NCBI GenBank assembly: GCA_964545945.1
Contig: CAZJID010000002.1
Coordinates: 1,515-65,514 of the forward strand
Length of the DNA stretch: 64,000 bases
Reading direction: 5' to 3'
Source: an uncultured Dehalococcoidales bacterium
Lineage (GTDB): Bacteria; Chloroflexota; Dehalococcoidia; GIF9; UBA5629
Of the stretch, positions 38,509 through 46,883 are shown piece after piece. The notes beneath the pieces were generated by a model. That model worked only from the letters and a program-made list of their open reading frames with translations, did not search any database and was not told the origin of the DNA. Every line of letters begins with the position of its first letter. The stretch's first letter is position 1. Position numbers and translations under genes: made by a program.

Positions 38509-38970
38509 TTACAAGATTGTTTCTTCTCTTTGGAGCTCCGCGGCCCTGACCAGGGCACGGAGACCTTGTGCCACCGTATCGAGTTCGTCTGTACTGAGAT
38601 GAGTCAGTATACGGTACAAATGCGTGGTTCTGTTCTCTCTTAGTTTTGCCAGCAATGCCTTCCCCTTTTTCGTCGCCTGTAGAAGCTGCATGCGGCGGTC
38701 TTCGGGATTCTCCCGCCGCGTTACCATTCCCTGTTCTACCAGACGGTCAACGATTCTGGTCACATCCGGCGGAGTGACTCCCAAGGCACTCGCCAGCTTT
38801 TTGAAATTCGTGCTGCCTTCGGAGTCGATAAAGAACAAGCTTTTCAGTTGTACGATGGTCAAATTCAATTCCATCCAAGCTTCAGGAGCATATTGCCCCA
38901 GCGCATGGCTCATTTGTTGTAGCCTAATGATTTCTTTGGTCAGTTCAACTCTACTTGCTGTCGATTTCAT
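38509..38970 (-). CDS. MarR-family transcriptional regulator
   Basis: Winged HTH (LASALGVTPPDVTRIVDRLVEQGMVTRRENPEDRR). It is the first gene of the marR-MFP-MFP-MFS string. The start is probably ATG 38970 (AAGGA upstream) rather than TTG 38985. Confidence 0.9.
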   Translation of the reverse strand: MKSTASRVELTKEIIRLQQMSHALGQYAPEAWMELNLTIVQLKSLFFIDSEGSTNFKKLASALGVTPPDVTRIVDRLVEQGMVTRRENPEDRRMQLLQATKKGKALLAKLRENRTTHLYRILTHLSTDELDTVAQGLRALVRAAELQREETIL

Positions 38971-39155
38971 TGGTTCCTTAGGCAATCACAAGAAAACGTT
39001 TTACATTTGATTAATAGTTTAGAATATGTTATCGAAAACTTCAATACCTGAATGCAGGTAGTCGACAAACTGCATTTAGTATACAGACCAGGCGCTTGCG
39101 AAAGTACTGGTGCTCGTATATACTTTGTCTACTTTGCCTTAAGGAGAGAATTGCC

Positions 39156-39551
39156 TTGAACACACGCATACGCAGGGCTTGTTTCGGGTTGGTTGCAGCT
39201 TTACTAATATTACAGAGTGCCTGCCTCGTTAATACCGGACTTGGAACCGATAAGACGCTGGGTATATCGGACATTGAAGCCAGTACTATGAACGTTTATC
39301 CTAGGGGCGCTTCCGATATAACGTGTGTTGTAACTGCGCCCCAGGGTGATTCAATCCAATATAAGTGGTCATCGGACGGCGGTATCCTGACAGGTGACGG
39401 GCCTAGTGTCCGCTGGCAGGCGCCGAATGATTACGGGGACTATCACGTGATGGTCACAGCCAGTGATAACAACGGAAACAGTGATCAAGCTGTTTTGACG
39501 CTGAGCGTGGTGCCGAGACCGGTCAGACACTGTTGCGGTAAAACGTTCTAA
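39156..39551 (+). CDS. Small lipoprotein with one PKD/Ig-like repeat and a C-terminal HCCGKTF
   Basis: The TTG 39156 start follows AAGGAGAG, and the track's upstream 20 aa do not look coding. Lipobox-like LILQSAC. The repeat ...QYKWSSDGGILTGDGPSVRWQAPNDYGDYHVMVTASDNNGN... is homologous to the repeats in the 40036 gene. Confidence 0.65.
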   Translation: MNTRIRRACFGLVAALLILQSACLVNTGLGTDKTLGISDIEASTMNVYPRGASDITCVVTAPQGDSIQYKWSSDGGILTGDGPSVRWQAPNDYGDYHVMVTASDNNGNSDQAVLTLSVVPRPVRHCCGKTF

Positions 39552-39595
39552 CGGAACCCTGTGTGCTTTTGGGGTGTTTCTGATTGGGTAATTCG

Positions 39596-39958
39596 ATGAG
39601 ATCTAAAGCTATAATTGCCATATTAATCTTGTCTGTTCTCATTGCTGGTTATGGCTGTGGCAGCCAGGGAGGCGGCTTAAAGATTCTTAGCCAGGATATG
39701 ACCGTGCGCGAGTTCTCCGGCAGCTCGTCTCAAAGCATGGCTGTGGTTCACGGTAGAGCTCAGAATATAAAGAATGTCATTATTAATTCAGCTACTATTA
39801 ACGTTAATTTCTATGATAAGGATAAAAAGATTATAGCTACAGGTTCTGCAGTAAAACAGAATTTGCAGCCGGGAGAGACTTGGGACTTCAGCATTCAGAC
39901 TGTCGGTCCCGATGCCTGGAAAATAGTAAGTTACGATATTGTCGTCATTGTAGAGTAA
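39596..39958 (+). CDS. FxLYD-domain-like lipoprotein
   Basis: Signal peptide with Cys (LIAGYGCGS). The core ...INVNFYDKDKKIIATGSAVKQNLQPGETWDFSI... matches, from memory, the FxLYD domain pattern. An alternative TTG start exists at 39584. Confidence 0.6.
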   Translation: MRSKAIIAILILSVLIAGYGCGSQGGGLKILSQDMTVREFSGSSSQSMAVVHGRAQNIKNVIINSATINVNFYDKDKKIIATGSAVKQNLQPGETWDFSIQTVGPDAWKIVSYDIVVIVE

Positions 39959-40035
39959 CGGTTGCTTACGAACTCTATTCTATGTTGTCGGAAGCACTGG
40001 CTTTTGATATCCTTAAATTTAGGAGGTGAGTTGAG

Positions 40036-41205
40036 ATGAAACGTCATATCAGTGCCCTTAGTATCCTGTTGGTAATGTTCTCTGTTGCGGCAATAGCAGG
40101 AGTTGCTTGTGGAGGGGGGACAACCCAACCACCAGCACCGACCGGCAATCAACCGCCGGTAATTGTAAGTCTGGCAGCCGAAAGCCAGCAGCTTTACCCT
40201 TCGGGTCATACAGAGATTCAATGCGTTGCCCAGGATGCAGATAACGACCGCTTAAACTTTACATGGTCAGCCACAGGCGGCAATTTCAGCGGTTCCGGAC
40301 CAATCGTTGACTGGCAAGCCCCACCAAATTATGGTACGTATACGATAACAGCCGCGGTTGACGATGGCAAAGGTGGCTCAACGCAAGGCACTGTGGATAT
40401 AACTGTTGGGGCTAATCAATCACCAATTATCTCCAGCTTGACAGCTAACCCATCGGGGGTAATTAGCGGGGGCAGTGCTTTGATCACCTGTATAGCCAGC
40501 GACCCAGATGGTGACGTAGTAAGATATAGCTGGTCGGTGAGTGGAGGCAGCATCACAGGTGTCGGTAACAAAGTGACATGGCTTGCATCCGGTAAAAGTG
40601 GCAGCTATATCATTACTGTGGTTGTCAATGACGGAAAAGGCGGTGAAACAACGGGCAACGTAACAGTCACGGTGGGATCTACAATGAATACGGTGACTTT
40701 CCAGCCAGTAGCCCAAGAGACCGGCACTGTAGATTCAAACGGCGATAAAGACACTTCCCGGACGATAGCCGGCGATGATTCAAACGATGTAGGCTATCAT
40801 GCTTATTGGAGTTATGACGTCTTTAGCATGGCGGGTAAATACGTGCAAGATGCTCGGCTGAAGTTTACTACGAGGAGTGTAGTCGGCGACCCATTCTCCA
40901 GTGTAACCGGGCTTGGGGGGCTGCGATTTTGGAAAGTCAACTATGGTGATAAGTTGCCCAGTTTCAGCTACAGCGGGAGCAACCTAATTCATGTTCCTCT
41001 TCAGACCAAAGCGCCGACCGAGATAGATGTTACACAAGAGATGGTCAATATTGCCGCTGCTGCGAGTACCCGTTTCCAGGTTGAAGCTTTGTTCCCTAAC
41101 AGGACAAGTAACGGGAACCGTGTTGCTGAGTTTATTGATTGGTCAGATGTAGTCCTTGAAGTTACCTATTCGGAAAGCATACCGAACTCTCCCGATGGCT
41201 ACTAG
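40036..41205 (+). CDS. Lipoprotein with two tandem PKD/Ig-like repeats and an unknown ~180-aa C-terminal domain
   Basis: RBS AGGAGGTGA; signal peptide with Cys. There are two internal repeats: ...LNFTWSATGGNFSGSGPIVDWQAPPNYGTYTITAAVDDGKGG... and ...VRYSWSVSGGSITGVGNKVTWLASGKSGSYIITVVVNDGKGG... Confidence 0.7.
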   Translation: MKRHISALSILLVMFSVAAIAGVACGGGTTQPPAPTGNQPPVIVSLAAESQQLYPSGHTEIQCVAQDADNDRLNFTWSATGGNFSGSGPIVDWQAPPNYGTYTITAAVDDGKGGSTQGTVDITVGANQSPIISSLTANPSGVISGGSALITCIASDPDGDVVRYSWSVSGGSITGVGNKVTWLASGKSGSYIITVVVNDGKGGETTGNVTVTVGSTMNTVTFQPVAQETGTVDSNGDKDTSRTIAGDDSNDVGYHAYWSYDVFSMAGKYVQDARLKFTTRSVVGDPFSSVTGLGGLRFWKVNYGDKLPSFSYSGSNLIHVPLQTKAPTEIDVTQEMVNIAAAASTRFQVEALFPNRTSNGNRVAEFIDWSDVVLEVTYSESIPNSPDGY

Positions 41206-41231
41206 GGTCCTCCTTCAATAATATGATTCAC

Positions 41232-41260
41232 GAGGCGGCTTGCGGCCGCCTCACTTGTTT
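41232..41260 (+). terminator. Putative intrinsic terminator after the 40036..41205 lipoprotein gene
   Basis: GAGGCGGC-ttgcg-GCCGCCTC forms a perfect 8-bp GC-rich stem. It is followed by ACTTGTTT, a weak U-tract. Confidence 0.5.
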
Positions 41261-41267
41261 ATTGATT

Positions 41268-41296
41268 TTGACATATTCTTGATATAGTGGTAAATT
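41268..41296 (+). promoter_or_regulatory. Putative sigma-70-type promoter of hrcA-grpE-dnaK
   Basis: TTGACA (41268-41273), 17-nt spacer, TAAATT (41291-41296). The predicted transcription start falls at the left edge of CIRCE. Confidence 0.55.
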
Positions 41297-41303
41297 ATAG
41301 TAG

Positions 41304-41330
41304 TTAGCAGTCATGGAGGGCGAGTGCTAA
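41304..41330 (+). promoter_or_regulatory. CIRCE operator (HrcA binding site)
   Basis: TTAGCAGTC-N9-GAGTGCTAA, with one mismatch to the consensus TTAGCACTC-N9-GAGTGCTAA. It lies immediately upstream of hrcA-grpE-dnaK. Confidence 0.9.
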
Positions 41331-41332
41331 AA

Positions 41333-42364
41333 ATGCTCAAAGGTTTAACTTCGAGAAGAGAAGCTGTACTGAAAATTATCGTCAGTGAATATATTGATAC
41401 GGCAGTCCCGGTTGCTTCAGAAACAATTTTTCGAAATTACAAACTTGGGGTTAGCCCGGCGACCATTCGTAATGATATGGCCTACCTTGAAGCGGAGGGC
41501 TATATCGCCCGACCTCACACCTCAGCAGGCAGTGTGCCACTGGATAAAGGTTACCGTAATTATGTGGAATCATTGACAAAAAAAACTGAACTTAGCCTGC
41601 AAGAACAAGACAGGATACGTAAACTTTTCCGTGAGGTCGAAAAGGAATTCGAGAAGTGGTTGAAGCTGGCGGCGGCTATATCTGCCAGCCTTGCCAAAAA
41701 TGCGGCTCTGGTTACTTTGCCGAAGCCGAGACAGTGCCGGTTCAAACATCTTGAACTTGTGGTCTTACAGGAATCTATGGCCTTGATGGTTTTGGTACTT
41801 AGCCAGGCGATTTTAAAGCGGCAGCTTTTATCTTTCCAGGTGCCAATGACTCAGGAACGGTTGACTACCATGTCCAACAGGTTGAATGCCGTTTTGGCGG
41901 GTCTAACAAGTTCTGAGGTTTTGGCAAAAAAATTGGACCTGCCTTCGGAAGAGGCTCAGGTGGCTGACACGGTAGTCGATATGATGTCTGCTGAAGACGA
42001 GTTGGAATATGAGCAGCCTTATCTAGAGGGTTTGCGATTGATGCTGGGACAGCCGGAGTTTACCGCAAAAGACCGGATGTTGAGCATCATGGAACTTATG
42101 GAAACCGGGGACTGGCTTAGCTCGGCTATAGGCCGACGCGCACATGATTTTGGTGTGCAGGTAGTAATAGGTGAAGAGAACCGTAATGAGACATTGCGGG
42201 ATTTAAGTCTGGTTTTCTGCCGTTACGGCATCCCTGACCGGATTGGAGGCACCATCGGCATTATCGGTCCTACCCGTATGAATTATCGCAGGGCGATTTC
42301 TACGGTCGACTACATATCCGGTATATTGAGCAATTTATTAGCCAGCGTTAGTACAAACGATTAG
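41333..42364 (+). CDS. hrcA: Heat-inducible transcription repressor HrcA
   Basis: LTSRREAVLKIIVSEYI... N-terminal winged helix, family-typical length, CIRCE operator directly upstream, grpE-dnaK downstream. I moved the start to ATG 41333. The track GTG at 41324 lies inside the CIRCE right arm. Confidence 0.9.
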   Translation: MLKGLTSRREAVLKIIVSEYIDTAVPVASETIFRNYKLGVSPATIRNDMAYLEAEGYIARPHTSAGSVPLDKGYRNYVESLTKKTELSLQEQDRIRKLFREVEKEFEKWLKLAAAISASLAKNAALVTLPKPRQCRFKHLELVVLQESMALMVLVLSQAILKRQLLSFQVPMTQERLTTMSNRLNAVLAGLTSSEVLAKKLDLPSEEAQVADTVVDMMSAEDELEYEQPYLEGLRLMLGQPEFTAKDRMLSIMELMETGDWLSSAIGRRAHDFGVQVVIGEENRNETLRDLSLVFCRYGIPDRIGGTIGIIGPTRMNYRRAISTVDYISGILSNLLASVSTND

Positions 42365-42382
42365 ATTTCAATTTAGGAGGCT

Positions 42383-42973
42383 TTGTTGGCTGAAGAGGAT
42401 AGAAATACGTTTGAGGATAAGGTGTCTGACAGAATTGACTCGCAGGATGCGGAATCTTTAGCGCAATTGCTGGCAGAGGAGAAGGATAAAGCCGAAAAAT
42501 ATTTAGCCAACTGGCAGAGGTCCGAGGCGGATTTCAGAAACTTCAAAACACGGGAGGAGCAAGAAAAAAAGGACCTGATTCACTGGGCTAATTCCACCCT
42601 GGTCTGTGATATATTGCCAGTACTTGATGCTTTTGACCGTGCTTTCGAAGGGGTTCCACCTGACGACAATAATCTGAGCTGGATTAACGGCTTCAGGCAG
42701 ATTCAGAAAATGCTCTTGGATGTTTTGAGTAAGCACGGGGTGACAGAGCTAAAATGCGTTGGTGAGATGTTCGACCCGAGCCGGCATGAAGCTGTAATTC
42801 AGCAGGATGGCGATGAAGGGCTGGTGCTCGGTGAGATCCGAAAAGGGTACATGATGAAAGACAAATTGATTCGCGCTCCTCAGGTGTCGGTGGGCAAAGG
42901 TGGTCAAACACCGAATCCTGAAGCCGACAAAGAACCTGGTGAAAATTCGGTAAACGAAACCGGGGCGGAATAG
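42383..42973 (+). CDS. grpE: Nucleotide exchange factor GrpE
   Basis: 196 aa. RxxADFxNFKxR motif (RSEADFRNFKTR), FDPxxHEA (FDPSRHEAV), and the C-terminal beta-domain. TTG start at 42383 or 42386. Confidence 0.9.
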   Translation: MLAEEDRNTFEDKVSDRIDSQDAESLAQLLAEEKDKAEKYLANWQRSEADFRNFKTREEQEKKDLIHWANSTLVCDILPVLDAFDRAFEGVPPDDNNLSWINGFRQIQKMLLDVLSKHGVTELKCVGEMFDPSRHEAVIQQDGDEGLVLGEIRKGYMMKDKLIRAPQVSVGKGGQTPNPEADKEPGENSVNETGAE

Positions 42974-43012
42974 TGAGAATAATGAAAAATATATTATGTG
43001 AAGGAGGGTGTT

Positions 43013-44920
43013 ATGGCTAAGGCATTAGGTATTGATTTAGGAACTACATTCAGTCTGGTGGCGATTATCGAAGGTGGTGAGCCTAAGATAATCCCCAATG
43101 CTGAAGGGGAGAGACTTACACCTTCGGTCGTAGCTATTGATAAAAAAGGTGAACGGCTGGTGGGATTGCTGGCCAAACGGCAGGCAATTACCAATCCAGA
43201 TAATACTATTTTCAGCGTGAAACGATTGATGGGGCGGAAATTCAAAGACGATGAAGTCCAGTTTGATATAAAGCGTTTACCTTATAAAATAGTCGAAGCC
43301 AGCAATGGTGATGCTTGGGTGGTCATGGGTGGGAAGCAATACAGCCCACCTGAGATCTCGGCTATGATTCTGCAAAAACTGAAAATCGATGCTGAAGCTT
43401 ACCTGGGCGAAAAGGTTGCCGATGCGGTAATTACAGTACCGGCCTATTTTAACGATAGTCAGCGCCAAGCTACTAAGGATGCAGGCGCGATTGCCGGATT
43501 AAATGTTATCCGTATTGTAAATGAGCCGACAGCTTCGGCTTTGGCCTACGGGCTGGATAAAAAGGGGGAGGAAACCATCGCTGTCTACGACCTAGGCGGC
43601 GGCACGTTCGATGTTTCCATACTCGAGCTCGGCGAAGGCCAGTTCCAGGTTAAGTCAACCAATGGTGATACTCACCTGGGTGGCGATGATATCGACCAGA
43701 GAATCATTGACTGGCTGTGCGATGAATTTAAGAAGGAATCGGGTGTGGACTTGAAACAGGACAGAATGGCTTTGCAGCGATTAAAGGATGCTGCTGAGAA
43801 AGCCAAGCGCGAGTTATCCACAGTCGGCCAGACAGACATAAATTTACCTTTCATCACGGCCGACGCTTCCGGGCCTAAGCACATGAATATTAATCTGACA
43901 CGCGCCAAACTTGAGCAGTTATCCATGGACTTGCTGGAAAGGAGCATTGAGCCCTGCCGCAAAGCTCTAGATGACGCGAAACTCACCACGGCTAAAATAA
44001 CCGACGTGATTCTGGTCGGCGGGCAGACGAGAATGCCCAAGGTCCAAGACATGGTGCGCCAGTTTTTCGGTAAAGAGCCAATTAAAGGCGTTAATCCCGA
44101 TGAGGTTGTGGCGCTGGGTGCAGCTATCCAGGCAGGTGTGATTAAGGGAGACGTGAAAGACATCCTCCTGCTTGACGTTACTCCGCTTACTTTAAGCATA
44201 GAAACTTTGGGCGGAGTAGCCACGCCGCTTATCCCGCGAAATACTACTATCCCCACGTCCAAGAGCCAGGTATTCAGTACGGCGGCCGATAATCAACCGA
44301 GCGTGGAAATACATGTACTGCAGGGCGAGAGACCTATGGCTACTGACAACCGGACATTGGGGCGTTTTATGCTTGACGGTATATTGCCTGCCCCGAGAGG
44401 TGTTCCTCAGATTGAGGTTAGCTTTGATATAAGTGCCGACGGCATTCTGGATGTCAAGGCACAGGACAAGGGTACCGGTAAGGAACAGAAAATCAGGATC
44501 ACTGCTTCCAGCGGTCTGAATAAGGACGAAGTAGAGAAAATGCGAAGAGATGCTGAGTCACATGCTGCTGATGATGCCAGGAAGAGGGAAGAAGTGGAGG
44601 CTCGAAACGCAGCTGATACACTCGTTTATACTGCCGAACGAACGCTGAGAGAGCAGGGCGATAAGATACCGGCCGACCTAAAACAGGAATTGGAAGGGAA
44701 AATTACCGCTGTTCGCTCGGCTCTCCAGGGCACGGATGCAAACTATATGCGGAGTTCCACGGAGGACTTATCAAACACAATGCAAAAAATAGGCTCTGCG
44801 GTTTATCAACAACCGGGTGCTCCGCCTCCTCCAGGAGGAGATTCGCAAGAGCAAGGTCCCGGTGCGCCTCCGGGTGGCAGCGAGGAAGGTACAGTGGAAG
44901 GTGAATTCAGAGAGGTGTAA
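43013..44920 (+). CDS. dnaK: Molecular chaperone DnaK (Hsp70)
   Basis: [15 protein letters not shown] and [11 protein letters not shown] motifs, with a G/P-rich tail. ATG 43013 has GAAGGAGGG upstream. The 5-aa track extension is unlikely. Confidence 0.95.
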   Translation: MAKALGIDLGTTFSLVAIIEGGEPKIIPNAEGERLTPSVVAIDKKGERLVGLLAKRQAITNPDNTIFSVKRLMGRKFKDDEVQFDIKRLPYKIVEASNGDAWVVMGGKQYSPPEISAMILQKLKIDAEAYLGEKVADAVITVPAYFNDSQRQATKDAGAIAGLNVIRIVNEPTASALAYGLDKKGEETIAVYDLGGGTFDVSILELGEGQFQVKSTNGDTHLGGDDIDQRIIDWLCDEFKKESGVDLKQDRMALQRLKDAAEKAKRELSTVGQTDINLPFITADASGPKHMNINLTRAKLEQLSMDLLERSIEPCRKALDDAKLTTAKITDVILVGGQTRMPKVQDMVRQFFGKEPIKGVNPDEVVALGAAIQAGVIKGDVKDILLLDVTPLTLSIETLGGVATPLIPRNTTIPTSKSQVFSTAADNQPSVEIHVLQGERPMATDNRTLGRFMLDGILPAPRGVPQIEVSFDISADGILDVKAQDKGTGKEQKIRITASSGLNKDEVEKMRRDAESHAADDARKREEVEARNAADTLVYTAERTLREQGDKIPADLKQELEGKITAVRSALQGTDANYMRSSTEDLSNTMQKIGSAVYQQPGAPPPPGGDSQEQGPGAPPGGSEEGTVEGEFREV

Positions 44921-44948
44921 AGCGTAGTCTGACTTACTTAGATGTCGG

Positions 44949-44990
44949 GTGGCGGGCCGGTATACTTGGAAATTGGTCCGCCGCTTTTTT
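44949..44990 (+). terminator. Intrinsic terminator after dnaK
   Basis: GTGGCGGGCC ... GGTCCGCCGC forms a 10-bp stem with two G-U pairs and a 16-nt loop, followed by TTTTTT. Confidence 0.65.
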
Positions 44991-45082
44991 ATCTAGTAAG
45001 GTTATCTACTATTTTGAATTGACAGCATATACGGAAATCAATAATATGTGCGTTAAAACAGCAAGCGGGGAGGTCTAATCTT

Positions 45083-45235
45083 ATGGCGAAGAAAAACATA
45101 GTGATAAGCGGTGTAGTAGCCGGCATAATAGCTATAGTTGCCGGAGCTTTGATTTTATTTAATTTTTTACCGCTTAACATCGTGGTCGGCATCTTCCTTA
45201 TCGTATGGGGCGTACTGGCACTAATAAATAAATAG
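45083..45235 (+). CDS. Small membrane protein, DUF3096-like (50 aa); not in the ORF track
   Basis: My own translation: MAKKNIVISGVVAGIIAIVAGALILFNFLPLNIVVGIFLIVWGVLALINK. It has two TM helices, RBS GGGGAGG about 10 nt upstream, and a paralog 80 nt downstream. Confidence 0.55.
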   Translation: MAKKNIVISGVVAGIIAIVAGALILFNFLPLNIVVGIFLIVWGVLALINK

Positions 45236-45314
45236 CAATCCGCATTTCGCGCAAAGACAAAAAACGCTGTTCCGGCATCCGTGGGACCGATTATGGTAAA
45301 AGGGAGATGTATGA

Positions 45315-45476
45315 GTGCCTTCGATTACCATACCCCAGATAAGCGGGCTGGTAATGGGAATAATAGCCCTTATCTTCGGTATTATCGTTATGATTTCCCC
45401 CAAAATATTGAATTATCTAGTAGGAATATATCTGATAATAGTCGGCATATGGGCTGTATTTCAGGCTGTAACTTAA
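45315..45476 (+). CDS. Small membrane protein, DUF3096-like (53 aa); not in the ORF track
   Basis: My own translation from GTG 45315: MPSITIPQISGLVMGIIALIFGIIVMISPKILNYLVGIYLIIVGIWAVFQAVT. RBS GGGAGA upstream. It is clearly paralogous to 45083..45235. The start is uncertain (internal ATG at 45354). Confidence 0.55.
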   Translation: MPSITIPQISGLVMGIIALIFGIIVMISPKILNYLVGIYLIIVGIWAVFQAVT

Positions 45477-45549
45477 CAAGAAAGACCTTCTTGTATCCCT
45501 ATGTGAGAGACTTGCCTAAGCGCGGGACCAAGAGAAAAACAAAACGAGA

Positions 45550-46833
45550 CTAATAAACTCGCTCGTCAACTATCAGCTTGTGCCATTCGGGAATAACCCC
45601 TTTGGCTACAAAATCAACTTTGTCGACCTTAATTCTTAAAGCCTCACTCACTACTTGGTTCAACTCATTCGCCAGCTTTTCCCTGTCAATGCCTTCTTCA
45701 GTCTTGAGTTCTACTTTTAGTGTCAAGTCGTCCCGGGTACCTGGCCTGGTTACCACCGCCTGATATTGAGCAACCTGTGGGAACTTAGCCATTGCGGGCT
45801 CAAGCTGCCGTGGGTGAATAAACATGCCTCTAGTTCTGACGGCATCACCTACTCTGCCTAGAAGGCGCGTTATCCGAGGAGAAGTCCGGCCGCAGGGGCA
45901 GGGCTCATCTATTAGACCGGCAAGGTCTCCGGTGCCGAAGCGTATCAATGGGTAAATCTCATCGATCGGGGTCACCACTATTTCACCCACCTCCCCGGGC
46001 TCAACCGGTTTCCCGGTTTCGTAACTAATCATCTCCAATATTACGCCCTCGGCGATATGCATGCCGTTTTTGGCGCTACATTCAAAAGCTATCAGCCCAA
46101 CATCAGCCGTTCCATACATGTCTCCGGTAGCAATGCCGTACTTTTCCTCTACTGTTTTCCTTATCGGACCGCCGCCCATCTCTCCTCCAATGACAGCCAG
46201 CCTGAGATTAAAATCTTTACGGATATCTAGACCCATCTCCTCAGCCTTAGTAATGATATTCATGAAAAAGCCCGTGGAGCCGGCAAATCCGGTGGCTCTA
46301 AGTTGATGCATGACCTGGACCTGTAGTTCGGTATTACCAACGCCCGTGGGTATAACCGTGGCCCCGGCTCGCCTTAGTGCCTCATCAATCATGAGCCCAG
46401 CTGGCACAAGGTTATACATCCAGGTATTGACTACAATATCGTTTTTACCAAAACCCACAGACTTCACCAGGTAAACATGCCTCTGCCAGAAGGTTTCACT
46501 GGAATGGTGTGGGTCATAAATTGGGCCGGGTGAAACGTACACCCTTTCCAGTTCGGTTATGGGTACCGTGACCAATCCCCCGAGAGGCGGGTTGGCTTTA
46601 TATAAATCGACCAGTTCATCTTTTCTAAGCGGTGGCAAGTCCTCGAGATCTCGAATGCCAGCTACTTTTGAGGGTGTTATTTTTGCCTTATCGAACCTGG
46701 CTCTATTTGCTGGAGATTTTTCATAAGCATAAGAGGCCAGCCATTTAAGTTGCTCATCTAGAACCTTTTGCCTGTCCTTGGCTGGCATTTTTTCCATTAC
46801 TTCAAATGGGGGCAAAGAATTATTTATTTTCAC
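45550..46833 (-). CDS. Phenylacetate-CoA ligase (PaaK / F390-synthetase, COG1541) family protein, divergent; paralog 1
   Basis: 427 aa. PaaK-like motifs: PLIRFGTGDL, CPCGRTSPRI..LGRVGDAVRTRGMFIHP, and a C-terminal K..VDER. The expected Ser/Thr/Gly-rich P-loop is replaced by VSPGPIYDP. GTG start with GGTGAGGAGAG upstream. Confidence 0.8.
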   Translation of the reverse strand: MKINNSLPPFEVMEKMPAKDRQKVLDEQLKWLASYAYEKSPANRARFDKAKITPSKVAGIRDLEDLPPLRKDELVDLYKANPPLGGLVTVPITELERVYVSPGPIYDPHHSSETFWQRHVYLVKSVGFGKNDIVVNTWMYNLVPAGLMIDEALRRAGATVIPTGVGNTELQVQVMHQLRATGFAGSTGFFMNIITKAEEMGLDIRKDFNLRLAVIGGEMGGGPIRKTVEEKYGIATGDMYGTADVGLIAFECSAKNGMHIAEGVILEMISYETGKPVEPGEVGEIVVTPIDEIYPLIRFGTGDLAGLIDEPCPCGRTSPRITRLLGRVGDAVRTRGMFIHPRQLEPAMAKFPQVAQYQAVVTRPGTRDDLTLKVELKTEEGIDREKLANELNQVVSEALRIKVDKVDFVAKGVIPEWHKLIVDERVY

Positions 46834-46883
46834 TGTCTCACTCTCCTCACCTGATAAAAATAAGATATAGATAGGAGTTCAGG

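Noticed and set aside
44921-45082. Expected dnaJ downstream of dnaK
   Set aside because: It is not present. A good intrinsic terminator follows dnaK, and the next genes are small membrane proteins. dnaJ must be elsewhere in the genome.
44989-45553. Track ORFs 44989..45192 (-), 45221..45403 (-) and 45281..45553 (+)
   Set aside because: Their translations look non-biological. The plus strand encodes two paralogous DUF3096-like mini-proteins with RBSs in other frames, which explains the open frames better.
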